From positions 124,001 to 188,000 of the forward strand of contig JALDTO010000212.1 of assembly GCA_023515725.1 (NCBI GenBank): a DNA stretch of 64,000 nt, in the 5' to 3' direction. The position numbers and the translations under genes were made by a program. Each line of letters begins with the position of its first letter. Positions within the stretch are counted from its first letter, which is position 1. The notes under the pieces were generated by a model, which was not told the DNA's origin, ran no database searches, and saw only the letters and a list, made by a program, of their open reading frames with translations. Shown here one piece after another: positions 37,732-50,992 of this stretch. This stretch comes from Amoeboaphelidium protococcarum X5 (taxonomy: Eukaryota > Fungi > Aphelidiomycota).

Positions 37732-37821
37732 TTTAATAGTTTGTTCATGCTAAAGGCTGTGTTTATCATAATTATTATCATCATCATCATACATTTCAAT
37801 CTAAACTTGACTCCGTATTCT

Positions 37822-39667
37822 TCATTTCCTTCTGTTCCATGACCGAACTCTATCCTTGTCTTCAAACAGTGTCTTTTTCAAGGCAGCAGAATTTTGACTC
37901 TTGGATTATTATATTGGCTCTGAGGTGAAATTAAAATCAAAATCCACATCTTCCTTACCATAATCCTTGTTACTATCATTGTCCACCTAATTGATAGATG
38001 AGCTAAAAGGATCAGAATCATCTCTTGCCGGTTTACTTACACAGAAGGATTGATTCTTCATTAGAAGACTTCTTATGGAGTTCACTCCTCTTGTATCATT
38101 TTAAGGTGAAGACACCTGAGACGTAGATGATTACTAGACAAAACTCTTGGACTGCAATTTTCTAGTTATATAACTTCCGTGTCTCTTAAACTTCTCCACC
38201 TTCCGTTACTCCGTGTGCTTGCTGCAATTCATTGAAACATATCCACAAGGATGGCAGTAGTTCTACATCTAACGCGGATAATTGTTACAACTTTTGACTC
38301 CAAACACACACAAATATACCTTGTAATTCGTGTAGAACTAACAATATCCACCATCCAATACATAGATCTCTGGATAATGTAAGTGGGGATAATTGAGTTA
38401 GTTGATCATTCGATCTTTACCGCGAAGATGCTGAACACTACACAGATGACCATTATAATACTCTATATGAGAGACTTATAAACCTTCGATATGCTTACAA
38501 GGTCGGCGCCCTGCACTAAGAGAACTCACAGTGAAAAATAAGGGCAGTTCTAGAGTCTGACGCTTCAGGTGGTAATGTGCCATCGGATGGGAGAAAGTAC
38601 TCTAACATGGCATCTTCACTATCAAAATTGATTGCATTCTTAATATGACCTCCATCGTACTCGTACTTGAAGCGACAATCCACAATTACAAATCTGTCAA
38701 CCTGTTGATGAAACTTGTCATCTATCAAATCTGACAAGGTTGACTCACTAATTCGCTTGATAGCAGCCTTCTTGCACGTTGTATGAGGCAGTGATAGACG
38801 CTCACCAGACATGGTCTTTTAGACAGAGGAAACAGCTTGCTAACCACTAACACGCCTAACTTTACTCGCTGGACCGTGCTCAAAGAGACTTCGAGGAATA
38901 CTCCATGTAAGCTCTGAATGCTCTTGAGTAAGCGATTATGCCCCAGTATTCCCTCTAGGAGTGGACACAATAGCTGGTAGAGGAGCAGACTACAATCGTA
39001 GATTAAGATTAATCAATCATGAGCATAACAATTAAGCAAACTCAAATAAATTGAAACAACTTACATGGCCAACTTCTACATACTAGTTGCGATTAATGCT
39101 CTTCTAACCTGAAGCGTTTCTACAAGATCCATTAGGTGAATAAAAATCATGGTAACAGTTGGAACTAGATGGATTTGAATTACTTTGAGCACGGACTATC
39201 AACATTACTGTTCTCATTAATAGTTTAGGACAGCCGTTGCAGTGTGAAGCTATATTTTGGTATGTCAGAGACTTAATCAGAGGCAGATGTTGAACTTTGA
39301 AAGGCAGAGCATTTTTACGCTGATGATACTTACGACTCTCCAGAGAAATCTTCATCTATCTAAGTAGCTGAGCATTTAATATTCAAACCTGCCAGAGAGT
39401 CTTCCGCATGTCTAGCAAACGCCATAAACTTTCGCTTCAATCCCATAGTGACAGGACTACAATATTCGGTAATTATAAGTATGTTGTACTTGATACATGA
39501 AAGATATTAATGAATATCATTGTAATAATAACATACCTGGCCATCATTGTAGGCGAGGATGTATCCGCCACAAATCCGCTTCGACTGCTGCTGTCCTTCC
39601 CGTGGGTATTAGCGCTTTTCGACGAAAGGCTGACTGTGTGCGAATCGGGAGATGAGGTGGTGAGCAT
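37822..39667 (-). CDS. CDC25: Cdc25/Mih1 M-phase inducer phosphatase
   Basis: IVDCRFKYEYDGGHIKNAIN, catalytic HCEFSQCR (Gln from TAG), YPHLHYPEIYVLDGGY; several short introns, boundaries not all mapped. Confidence 0.9.
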
Positions 39668-39894
39668 TGCTAATAATATCAGAAGCCCGGCGATCTATGT
39701 ATTGTATAATATAATGTACAAAATAGCTCTTCTATTAGAAGTTTACAGGCGTGAAACACAATTTGATATTTGAAACAGAGCGCGTCAGTCAATGGGTGAA
39801 ATCAGCGGATCTATTTAACATAAAGCGTTGAATGATATAAGTTGGTTGTATATAAAAACATTAAACTTTTTTATATTTTGATTAACTTAGGACA

Positions 39895-42294
39895 TCAAAC
39901 TTCAACTTTTGATAAGGGTAGAATGCTAGGTGATTCTTATGGAATAGTGGAAGTAAGCGGCAGCAATAGATTTGATCCCGCGCACTTCTTGACGTGAACC
40001 TTCTTATGACCGTTCATGCAATGTTTCGAGCAGTAATAAACACCAGCGCAATTTTTACACGCGATAAACTGCTTCCACTTGATCTCCTTGGTGCAGCAAT
40101 TAGAGTTAGAGCAAACCTTAACTGCACAAAAGTCTTTAACTTGGAAATCGACTCTTGGAAGTTCACAATCATCTCCGAAAGACATTTAGTATTTCAAAAC
40201 AGCATCATAAGGATGTTATTGATTCAATGATTACGGCCATATTTTGAATATTTAGACATTCTCATACGACTACCACGCTTGCACCTTTAAAATTTCTTTT
40301 GCAATCTTGCGCACGTCAGCATTGTTAAAATATGTGAATTTGTTAACTTGGTCAAGAAGAGCTACGTCAACATTCACCGATTATTTCTATGAAACTTCAT
40401 TAACCAACACCAATGAGTAATAGATTATTGACTGCAGAATTTAAGGATCGCAAACGGAGTCCACATCATTATATTCTGTACCGCACTGTCTATACTGATC
40501 TTGCTAGCGATCCTACTCCCTGTATGTATCAGTGACAAATTTCATAAGACTAGTTATTGCATTCAACACGATCGGCCATGCCTTACTATCCATCAAATCA
40601 ACAGTCGCTTTTAACAATACTTGCACTAAACTAATGATGTACTCAAAGCGCCATTACATGTCTTTTAGGTTCTCAAACAATGCTCCAGTTACTCTGCCTT
40701 TCAGCTTAAATTGACAGACGCGTCCTAACTCCTAAACAGCGATTTTATACATTTATATAGAAACACTGCTATCATCGAAGTACTTTGATGGCAATTTGGC
40801 CATGAATTAAAGTGAAGCCCATTTCAGCAAATCTCCTGCCGTTCTAGACTCTACTAAACTAAAGCAAAATGAGATAATGGCTGGTAGATTCCTGCGAATA
40901 CCTCTGGGTAGATTGGTCTAAAACTTGCATATCAATCCAAGAGATTTAAGAGACAGCGAGCGAATTATATCAACAGCCGACAATTAAGCATTGCACTAGG
41001 TAATGGATCTCGACACACTCTACTACAGACCTTTGATCTGTGATAAGTCGTCTATAGTCAAACAATCAGACTAAGCGAGCGTAATCAATCTTTGCTATAA
41101 CTCTTCATTTCGCGCTGCCAATGTCCACTATTCATTATCCATCATGAATGTTGTATCACAACTCAATAGAAGCAGAGCCTTATATACGCGCGTAGCTGAT
41201 TTTGAATTCAACATTTTCATTACAGTCTGGACGCTCATTTGAGCCATTGGAGCGCCAATACCAATAAACATGAGGAACTTGATCAACTCCTCGTGTTCAT
41301 GGTTCTGCATGTACTGAGCTAGCAATTTTATGCCATCAGATAGCCCGGGATACCGAATAATGTATGCCTTACATTCAGAGTCCATGTAACCAAGCCTCAT
41401 CAGTAGGAATATCACCGTCCGGATAGTTGAACCCATGTCACCAATATTAATAGCGGAACCTTTAAATAAACCAGGACCGCTGAACATTGTGCCAAATTAC
41501 TGATCACTCTCAGATGGCGCAGCATCACAGACAGTGGTTATAATGGAGCACAAGGTATCAACCAATTGATAATCAAGAGTGAAATGCCTCGTATCACTTC
41601 TAATCTTGTATATTGTGATATCAGAGTTTGATGAAACTACACCATCACGGTCTATGAATAAAGATGTTAATAGCTCCAGGCTCTATCGCCAGGCAGCCAG
41701 TTTCCATCTCATCCGCGATAGCAGACAATGATTACCCTCTTTAGCAGAGTTGGCATCAGCAATATACTGACATACAGCTCGAATTAGGCTAGGCTCTTCC
41801 AACATTGACCTGACTAAGCTGGAATTGAGAATTAATACATCCAATGCTACCATGCAACCATACTTTTCCATATCACTACCATAACGCACACCATCACTGA
41901 AAGTCTTCACTAGCCAAGGGTATGAGGATATTAACGCGCATATCAACGAAGACTCCATAGCCAGCATTTTACCAAATACTTCAGCAGCTGCACCGAAAAT
42001 CACAGATTCGTACGCATCATACAGAACCGATGGGCCATGCACACTATGATGAATTTGAATTATGACTCTATCTGACTTTGCTTTCTTAATAGATGACTGA
42101 CCAGCTGCAAGTTAGTGCTAATTTCTAAGCAGATCAATAAGACACGTTAGGCCACCAAGTTTTAAGAAACCAGCTAGAAATTACTGATTACGACGCCAAA
42201 AGTTATATGACAAATATTCCAGAGATTACAGCACTTGCGCCGGCATATCCTTGCTCTAAAGGTGATCGATTACAATTTGAACAGATTTATCCAT
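39895..42294 (-). CDS. Helical-repeat (ARM-like) protein with a C-terminal MYND zinc finger
   Basis: About 800 codons with the track's ORF fragments in the same frame. C-terminal CSNSNC...ACKNCAGVYYCSKHCMNGHKKVHVKKC. Confidence 0.75.
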
Positions 42295-42610
42295 TTATAT
42301 AGTTAATACGACTTAATTACACGATGACACAGATTTTGATATGGCAAAGATAAAGACAAAAGTACTCAGATTAAGAGCAAGATATGACTGGTTCAAATGG
42401 ATGGGAACGATATTAATAATATTATATATAAAAAGCAAGTTGTTATCACGTTGTCATGGAAATACACGTCCTGCCAACCAATCACACAAATCACACCCAC
42501 AGCAGTGCTAGTAATAATAACTCATTGACGACGCGACAAATGCAATTGACCACTAAAATAGAATGAATGACGCGCAAAGTCTGCTAATATAGGAACACGT
42601 CTCCTCAAAT

Positions 42611-44724
42611 TCAGCAAAATGAAATCGGCTTTTCATAGTCAGCAATAAGAGTCACATCGAGCTAATGCTAGTGAACGAAAGACTCAAATTCATTGATGTA
42701 CGTAAACGGGTGTGTATCTCTTTATACCAGGATAGCACCGGCCAATTTGCGCTTATCTCTACCTGCCAGTGCCATCTAAATGTACGTAACGGGATCTGTG
42801 TTGATTCTCACGAATGGAGATGATGCAGGATGAGTCCACAGAGTGCCATGATATCGACGACTCTAACGGTAGGCAACCACAACGCTGTTCTAAGCCAAAT
42901 CCGTGGCACGAACGTTAGCTTCTGTCACACAGCTAAACAGGCAGGTGACTAATGTGCTATTACTTGAGAGAATACGAGGCATAATCTACGCCTTTTAGAA
43001 CAAATTTGAAATGCCAACTAGCCCCAGATTATTACCTCCAACTCTTTTGCGCTAAGTAAATACTACATATCCATCAGAAGACTATTTCTGCAACGCAAAA
43101 AATACGTCAACTCCTTAACATCCCTCCCCGTTGATAATGACAACTAAGCCCTCTCACAACCAGTCATGTCTTTCATTGTAATTCCCGTTTATACCAAAAG
43201 ACGTCGATGACATATCTGCAGAAAAGAAGGTCATCAGTTTCCATAACCAGCATCGGTTTCAGTTGAACATAATCTTCACATCCGTTGACTATGGCGCTCT
43301 TGAAGAGCTCCTTGACTTAAACTATTGGGCGGCCAACAATAATAAATGATAATCCGCAGCGCATGAAAATATGCTCCAAACACCTCCCACAATTACCAGG
43401 GCGTTTTATCGTATATTAACATATCAACTTTATCAACTAGCCCTTTACCCCATATCTCCACATATTAATTCTTGACAAACAAAAACGCATTCTCAATAGT
43501 TTCAACATCCAGGATACTATCTGATGGAATCCTCTCAATCTCCTTCAGTAATAACAAAATATACTAACTAACCTACCGTGGAACTCCACCAAGATAAAAC
43601 ATGTGTCTACGAACAAGCGCATGCAATAGAAGCCTTTCTCCATTTGGAACTTACCTGATAGCAGTTTCCACGTCGGATTGAGTCAGCAGGTACATTGGCA
43701 TACGTAAAATTTCTGTCCTCGAGGTGTTGACAATGGATATGGCTGAGAGATCGGTTCCTGCAAACATTGGATATACAGTATGCGCACGCCAGCAACAGGA
43801 TTAGATATAATGGCACCGAACTCGTCTAGCAAATCTTATAGCAACTCTTAGTGTCCCTTTTTCACTCCATTGACAAGATGAATCGTCTGATATTCGTCAA
43901 CGCCAAGAAACAAATGAAGAGAATCTTCTGGCCTGATCCTGCCCAGGTTGATCCACTTCTGGCAAATTACATCGAGAGCCAAGCGAAGAGTCAATTACCT
44001 GCCATTTACAGGCAACTAATCAGTGAACCATTAGCAAATTCTTTACCATTGCCATCAATAAAACATCGATGTAGCAAGCGCCAAGCAAACGAGGCTTCAA
44101 TAGTCATTTTGCGCTCCACAGGGTGTGGCATATAACCATTGTAATAAAGCACAAGAACGCCAAGTCGTGTAGTTTAGGAAATACCGGCCAAATCAAATAT
44201 CTACTCCCATTCTTCTAACATTCTCGTCTTACCTAGGCCAGATAATCCAGCGCACACAGGTATTCTCCGATCCGTCCGTGATGTTGAAGTAATAGGCTGC
44301 GAGATGACTCTCATACACTCTGCAGCTTATTTTAGCGCGTCATCACGACCAGATAGAGGAACATCATGTGATATTTACTGAGGACGTGAGGGACACTATT
44401 AAATTTCGTCAAATCGCTCGTTTACCGTTCAAGAAATTCCAACAGACTCGAACAATCCATAGCTATTCGCTCTCCTTTGGGCTCAGGAGAAGGCAGCTGT
44501 TCATCGACATTCATCGCGCCATTTACTGAAATCGAAGCCGTTGGATGCAGGTGGTTGTAAATGACAGTTCAAATCATAGGATTGCCGCAGAAAGCTTGCC
44601 ATTCAGCTTTGGAGAAAGCCATCACCTCCTCAAACGTCAAAATATCCTCCTTTAAATCATTGGCGAGATTGATCAACTACATCCTCTTCAACAGAGCCAG
44701 CAGAGTATCTTTAGTTGGCGTCAT
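42611..44724 (-). pseudogene. Disrupted Crinkler-type P-loop NTPase plus restriction-endonuclease-like effector gene
   Basis: Walker A GLSGLGKT, Walker B LFLGVDEYQ, GGVPR, GVDVFFAL, YHGTLWTHPASSPFVRINT. In-frame TGA at 44569-44571 and at least three frameshifts. Confidence 0.7.
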
Positions 44725-44976
44725 GTGTTGGTTTCTCTGATTGATTTTTATGACCTCAACTCGCCTCAGCCAGTGTACTGGAACTTATAGATTCCCACGT
44801 TAACTTTCACGATAATTTTCGTAGATAAGAATGTATTTAGACTACAAAAGGCTGAATGAACAGGGAAATACTATAAAAAATATAGACGTTTAAAGCAAAC
44901 TGTTAGCACGGTGTAATACAACGATTCAATTAATCACTCCGACCATATCATACCACAGCATTGTTACTGAGGCAAA

Positions 44977-47754
44977 TCATTGTCGCCGTAACAGTTGTTA
45001 TCCATCACTCTGCAGTGACTCTGCCAATAAGTGAATAGATTCAATAACGCGCTACGTCTGCTCTTATGGATAGAGACCTATTTAATTCTGACTTCCATGC
45101 CACACCACTTGATCTGATGATACCTTATGCTTCTTCTTCCACTACACTATACCACTATTCTATTACGATTACAAGTGCTTCTCTTTCTCAGCTTTAAACT
45201 GCAGATATTTAAGGGAATGGAGTGGTCTTTTAGGAGGCTAAACACGAGGTGGATTGTTAAACCAAATGATCTGACCATTCTTATTTGTGGTAACCTTCTA
45301 CACAAGAAGTTCCGGTATATGATCACTTTGAGCCATTGAAGATCTGGTAGGAGGGAATGTCTATGCACTAGTACTACTGCCGCGTTAACTGCTAGCCTGT
45401 CCAGCTGGCGGAGGAATCGGCGGCTGCAGCTATTGCTACTATTATTACTACTACTGTAAGGGCGGCTAATGTTACAATCTAACCATATTAGCCATCATCA
45501 TATACATCTGCTACTGCTGCGGAGTGAGCTGCGCAAAGTTGACTTGACTCATATTCTGGAGTTATGGGAGCATAGACTGAGGAATCTAAGGCATTTGCAT
45601 TGGATAGCCTGCAGGACCCATCGTTGGCCTATACTGCTAACCTTGTTGCTACTACTACTACTACTACTGCAACAACTACTGTTGCTACTATCGTTGTTGC
45701 AACTGCACTGAAGTAGATAAGCTCTTGCGATTGCGGTCACTACTTTTTCCTGCTTTACCTGTGGGACGTCCAAACTCTTGGTCACTTACACCCTCACTGT
45801 TATCATCGCCTTCATCCTCTTCTGATTCTTCTTCATCGAACTCATCTTCTTACTCGGATTCCTCTTCGACAGCAATCACTGCCCTCTTTCTAGCCTTCAA
45901 CTAGAATGGAATATTACGCGAAGGCAGAAGGGAATTCAACTTTGCAATTTCTTCATCCACAGTAAGTTTTTAAAGCTACCTAGGTTGATCTAATCTAATT
46001 AGAGCAGGTGGCTCAAACTCATCAATACCTTCAGGAAGACAGTCAGTCCATTCTTTCAGTGGTACAATATCCAAACTATCACCAGAGCTGATCAGCTTAT
46101 TCTCAAAGAACCATACATCCTTCTACTTGTCTTCTCCGTTCCAGCCCATGTAAATACCTCTAACGTAATCAGGCTTGAACATTACACAGCATCTGCCGCA
46201 AATGTCCATAGAACCGTGCTCAACATACTTGTCACTCAAGTACAGTTCTTTAGTATCAAGCTTGATGCCAACCAACTTCTCTTCCATATTCTTACCTACG
46301 AAAGCCTTCTTGATATTATCAGCCTGCAGGAACCATCTGGCAATAAAGCGATTCCGACCTGCTGCATTCTTCCAAATCCTGGCAATGATACCAATGGTGA
46401 CATACTCTTCATCCTCATGCGATAGATACACGACATCACCAACTTCAAAAGAGGCTCTCTTGTACATAATCTCATTCAGCTCTTCTTATATATCAGACTT
46501 TGGTGGAAAGTAGGCATCCAAATACTTGGAATAATCAATAGGCAAATCTTCTTCCAACTCCTCCTCCTCCTCCTCTTCATGATCAAGACCGTCATTGCCA
46601 GCTTCTTGTCTAAATGGAGACTTCAACTTGCCCACTTTCTTTTGTTATTACTACTACTTGTTAACAGGACCACCAGAAGATTTACGTGGCCTTCCCACTT
46701 TACCTTTGGGCTTCTACACCGATACCTATCCACCATCTTTCCGTTTAACATCCCCGCCATCAATATCCATCTCGTCTTCACCACTACCTTCGATTCCAGC
46801 CTATAAACTCTGCTACTACTCTGCAATAACCATGGCGGCAAAATCTTCATTAGCTGGAGTAGGTAGACCCAATTGCTTTCTAAACTCTTTCAAAACGACC
46901 AGAGCATCTTTACAAACATCACTCGTGCTCTCATTAAAAGTAAATGCATTCTTCACCATCAAGACCATGTCATCCTGCATAGCCTTGGCTGGATGATCAT
47001 ATCCCTTACGCTTGGCAGCTTTGTCATAAGACGAACGATCAATCTTCCCTTTAATTTCCTTCAATGAAATTGGGCTTTTGATAACATCATAGTAGAAGGC
47101 ATAGTCCACTTTAGAAGGCAACTCCAAGAATAGTCCCGATATCAAATAATCACCATCTTTGAGATTAGATATAACTTTCCATGCCTTCATCAACTACTAA
47201 CCTTCTAGAGTTAATAACTTCTTGCCTCCCGATGCAGTAGTGGCGGTAGCAGATGACGGTTATGATTGTGCAGACTTGTCACCCTCCTCCTGATCATTAT
47301 TGCCAGCATTGACCGACTGATTCGATGAAGATTTACTCAGAGGATTCTTGATCTTGATCATTAAAGAACTTCTTCTACCAGAGGATTAGGCATCGTTATT
47401 AGCAGTAGATGAAGATGAAGACTATGGCTAGACTGAATACTAATTAGTAAAACGCTCAATCTCCTAGGCATCCTTGTAGATTCTACTGCCCTTTCTATTG
47501 TAAGTCATAGCATTCTAAGTCATCAGAAGCACGTCAGCTATAACTTCATCCATCGATGTATGCTTCTTTGATTGTATAACATCTATGGCAATAGGATTCT
47601 TGATCAGCATGTAATAATCGGGATACTCCTTCTTGGATGGTAACTCTATAAAGAACTCACAGCAATCATGTCCACTCCTAGCATCTCTCAGTCCTTTCAA
47701 TCCCGTCAAAAATGCCTACTTCTGCTACTTGATACTTTACTAATAATTAGACAT
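44977..47754 (-). CDS. RSC1/RSC2/polybromo-like chromatin remodelling subunit
   Basis: Two bromodomains (FIELPSKKEYPDYY; FLELPSKVDYAFYY), AT-hook GRPRK, BAH domain, poly-Gln encoded by TAR/CAR, C-terminal WFNNPP...HSLKYL. Confidence 0.88.
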
Positions 47755-48195
47755 ACCCAATCTAAAATAATAACTAAATGCTTGTAAAGAGGGACTAAAT
47801 TAAATTATGAAGATCAAGTTTAGAATATAATTAAAGGCAGGGAACTGAGCAGAAAGAAAGCGTAAAAGCAGAAAGACAAACGCGGATCAGAGAGAGGGAG
47901 AGAGAGAGAGAGAGAGAAAGAACTCTGTGAGAAGGCGAGATGTGGCCGTCTAAGAGGAAACAAAGCGCGCGGAAAATCCAAAGCGAAACGAAAGAAGAGG
48001 CGAACAGAGCAGAGCAGAGGCATGAAGAGGAGAAGAGAGAGAGAAGTGACAAACCAGGAGCGATTCAAGATCAAATATCAGCAGCGTGAGAAGTTGGTGA
48101 TTTCCTTCTCTTATTCCATTTTTTAATTACGAATTACGTAGTACAAACTTGATTCGCTTACTTTAAAAAAATCCAATTTACTTTTAACTTGTAAG

Positions 48196-49656
48196 ATGGA
48201 AAAGTTTATCGAGTACATTGAAAAGAACTAGGACGTGTTTGTAAAGGTGCTGAGTGATGCTGTGGCGATTCCATCAGTGAGCGCGTAGCTGTGTCATCGC
48301 AAGGATGTGTACAAGATGGCCGAGTTTATCCGCTCTCTCCTTCTGGATGTCGATGCCTCGGTCGAGTATCGTCAGATTGGCAAGTAGGAGTTGGAGGGAG
48401 AGACTGTGGATCTGCCACCGGTGGTTCTAGCGCGTTATCCCAAATAGAAGATGGATGGTAAGAAGACTCTTCTGGTGTACGCGCACTATGATGTTCAACC
48501 TGCTGCTCTCGAAGATGGATGGTCCAGCGAGCCTTTCAAGTTGACTGAAGATGCTCAAGGTCGCCTGTATGGTCGTGGTAGTAGCGACGATAAGGGGCCA
48601 CTCCTATGTTGGATCAACATAATTAAGGCGCATAAGATGTTGAATCTAGAGTTGCCTGTCAATCTGCTGATGTGCTTCGAGGGTATGGAAGAGTCTGGTA
48701 GCCAGGGACTGGATGATTTGATCAAGAAGGAGAAGGATCTGTACTTTAAGGATGCTGATTACGTCTGCATCAGTGACAACTACTGGCTGGGAACTGAGAA
48801 GCCTTGTCTGACGTATGGACTTCGCGGTGTGCAGTACTTTATGGTTGAAGTGCACGGACCGCCTTCTGAAGATGGTAGCCGCAAGCATGGATTTGATCTG
48901 CACAGCGGTGTATTTGGTGGTACTGTGCATGAACCAATGGTGGATCTGGTGAATGTCTTGTCCTCATTAGTCAAGCCCGATGGAACTATCCTGGTGGATG
49001 GTCTGATGGATCAAGTCGCGCCATTGACTGAGGAAGAGGAGAAGTTGTACAAGTCTCTAGACTTCTCCCTGGATGCCTTCTTACAATCTACTGGTACCAA
49101 GTCTGCGATTACGGAGTAGCCTGCGGAAATTCTGAAGCGTCGCTGGAGATACCCAACGCTGAGTGTGCACGGTATCCAGAATGCATTCAGCGGCAGTGGT
49201 GAGAAGACTGTCATTCCAGGTAATCCAATAGGTAAATTCAGTATCCGTACTGTGCCGAATATGCAGCCAGATGAGGTGACCAAGTGCGTTTAGGCTCACG
49301 TTGAGAAGGTGTTTGCCAAGCTGAATAGTAAGAATGTGTGCAAAGTTTACTGTTCTCACGCCGGAAAGTGGTGGTTATCATCGCCCAACCATGAGAACTA
49401 TGTCGCTGCCACGAGAGCTATTTAGAAGGTGTATGCACCGAATGACCCCAACTTTAAGCCAGACTTTACTCGTGAAGGTGGATCTATCCCGGTGACTTTG
49501 ACTTTTGAGGAGACTCTGAAGAAGAATGTACTACTCTTCCCAGTGGGCAGATGTGATGATGGCGCACATTCGACTAATGAAAAGTTTGATCGTGGTAATT
49601 ATGTCTTTGGCATGAAGGCTCTGGGCACTTATCTGTACGAATTGGGCAAGATTTGA
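48196..49656 (+). CDS. DUG1: Cys-Gly metallodipeptidase (M20A, DUG1/CNDP2)
   Basis: [48 protein letters not shown]. Confidence 0.95.
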
Positions 49657-49709
49657 GAATATTGAAAGGAGACTGAATAAAGAAATACTTCAAGTACAAA
49701 TGAACCTAG

Positions 49710-50753
49710 TCATTCAGTGTACACGTAATTACGCGTAATTTCTCCTGCAGTATAATCGCCAAGTTGATCTAGCAAGTGATTCCATAGTAGTGGGATCATA
49801 TTCACCACGTCGGAGGTAAGTAGACTTCTCCCCAACTCCAAGTATGCCTTTTGCATAAAGGTGCGCACCACATAACATGCAGCTTGGCTAGCAACTACGG
49901 GTATTAGTTGGTCATCCTTTGAATTGCCCAAATCTACCCCATGTTAAAATCGTCTCCAGTTTGAGAAATCCAGAGGTCGATCTTTATAAGTTCCGTCAAG
50001 AGTCAACTTTCCCCAAGCCATGAATGCCGCAATGGCACCGCTTAACAAGTCTCCCTGGCCGCCAACTCTTCTCGGGCTCCCCTCATCCGATGTCCGTGTA
50101 ATTTCAATATTCGGATAATGGGCGATTACATCACTCTTGGCCTTCTCGACTACAGTCACATGCTCGCCCAACTTACGCGCCAATTCAATAGCTTTTACAC
50201 TACTCACACTTTCCATAGGCTCAGCTCCGAACGCTGCCTAGCATAATCGTTTAAACTCCATAACATTAGGAGCAAGTACAACGTTTTCAGACTCTTGCAG
50301 GAGAGATAAATTCTTGCCGATCATGTACAGCGCATCTGCATCAATAACCATTGGAATCGTCAACTCTTTGGCCCGTTTGAACACTTCCACAAGCACGCTC
50401 TGCATCATCCAACTTCGCCCACAGCCAGGACCTAATACGAGACAATGAAACTTTTCCATCCACTGATTGATCTTGGCCATGGAGGAGACGAGTGATTCCT
50501 CATCTTCCTCGCCTTTACTCACATCAATTACAGGCAGCACAATCAGATCAGGACTGTATGACTTTATCGCCGTGGAAGCAGATTTATCACAAAATACGTA
50601 CACCAAGTCTACGCCAAGCTTGAATGCCATAGAAGCGCAAAAGTACGGCGCGCCAGTATACTCCTCGCATCCACCCACAATGCCTATTCGCCCACACTAT
50701 CCCTTATGCAATGAATCAGACAGCGGAGGTAGAAGATCTCGGACTGCTTCCAT
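49710..50753 (-). CDS. NAXD: ATP-dependent NAD(P)HX dehydratase (NAXD/CARKD)
   Basis: [51 protein letters not shown]. Start approximate. Confidence 0.92.
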
Positions 50754-50992
50754 TGATTATAAGACTGAATGATTTTACAGATTAGTTTAAGGCGGAACTT
50801 TCAAAAGTTGTTTAATCGCTGTAGCGCAAGATTATTAAAAATTTATCGAATCATTCAATCGTTATCATAATCACAAAGTCTGTCCAGGCAAACAATAATC
50901 AAAAATGGTGGACAAAAATATATTGATACAGAGGTTGAAGACGATATGAAAAGGAGACATTTATATATTTGGGTATCATCAAAACTCTATGA

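Noticed and set aside
44569-44571. In-frame TGA as selenocysteine or read-through
   Set aside because: The same gene has several frameshifts, so ordinary decay is the simpler explanation.
45421-45711. (CTA/CTG/TTA)n repeats and a Leu-rich plus-strand ORF
   Set aside because: Reverse complement of the poly-Gln tract in the RSC-like gene.
47820-48074. Hydrophobic ORFs over GA-rich sequence (similar ones at 21497-21766)
   Set aside because: Low-complexity purine-rich promoter tracts generating spurious ORFs.
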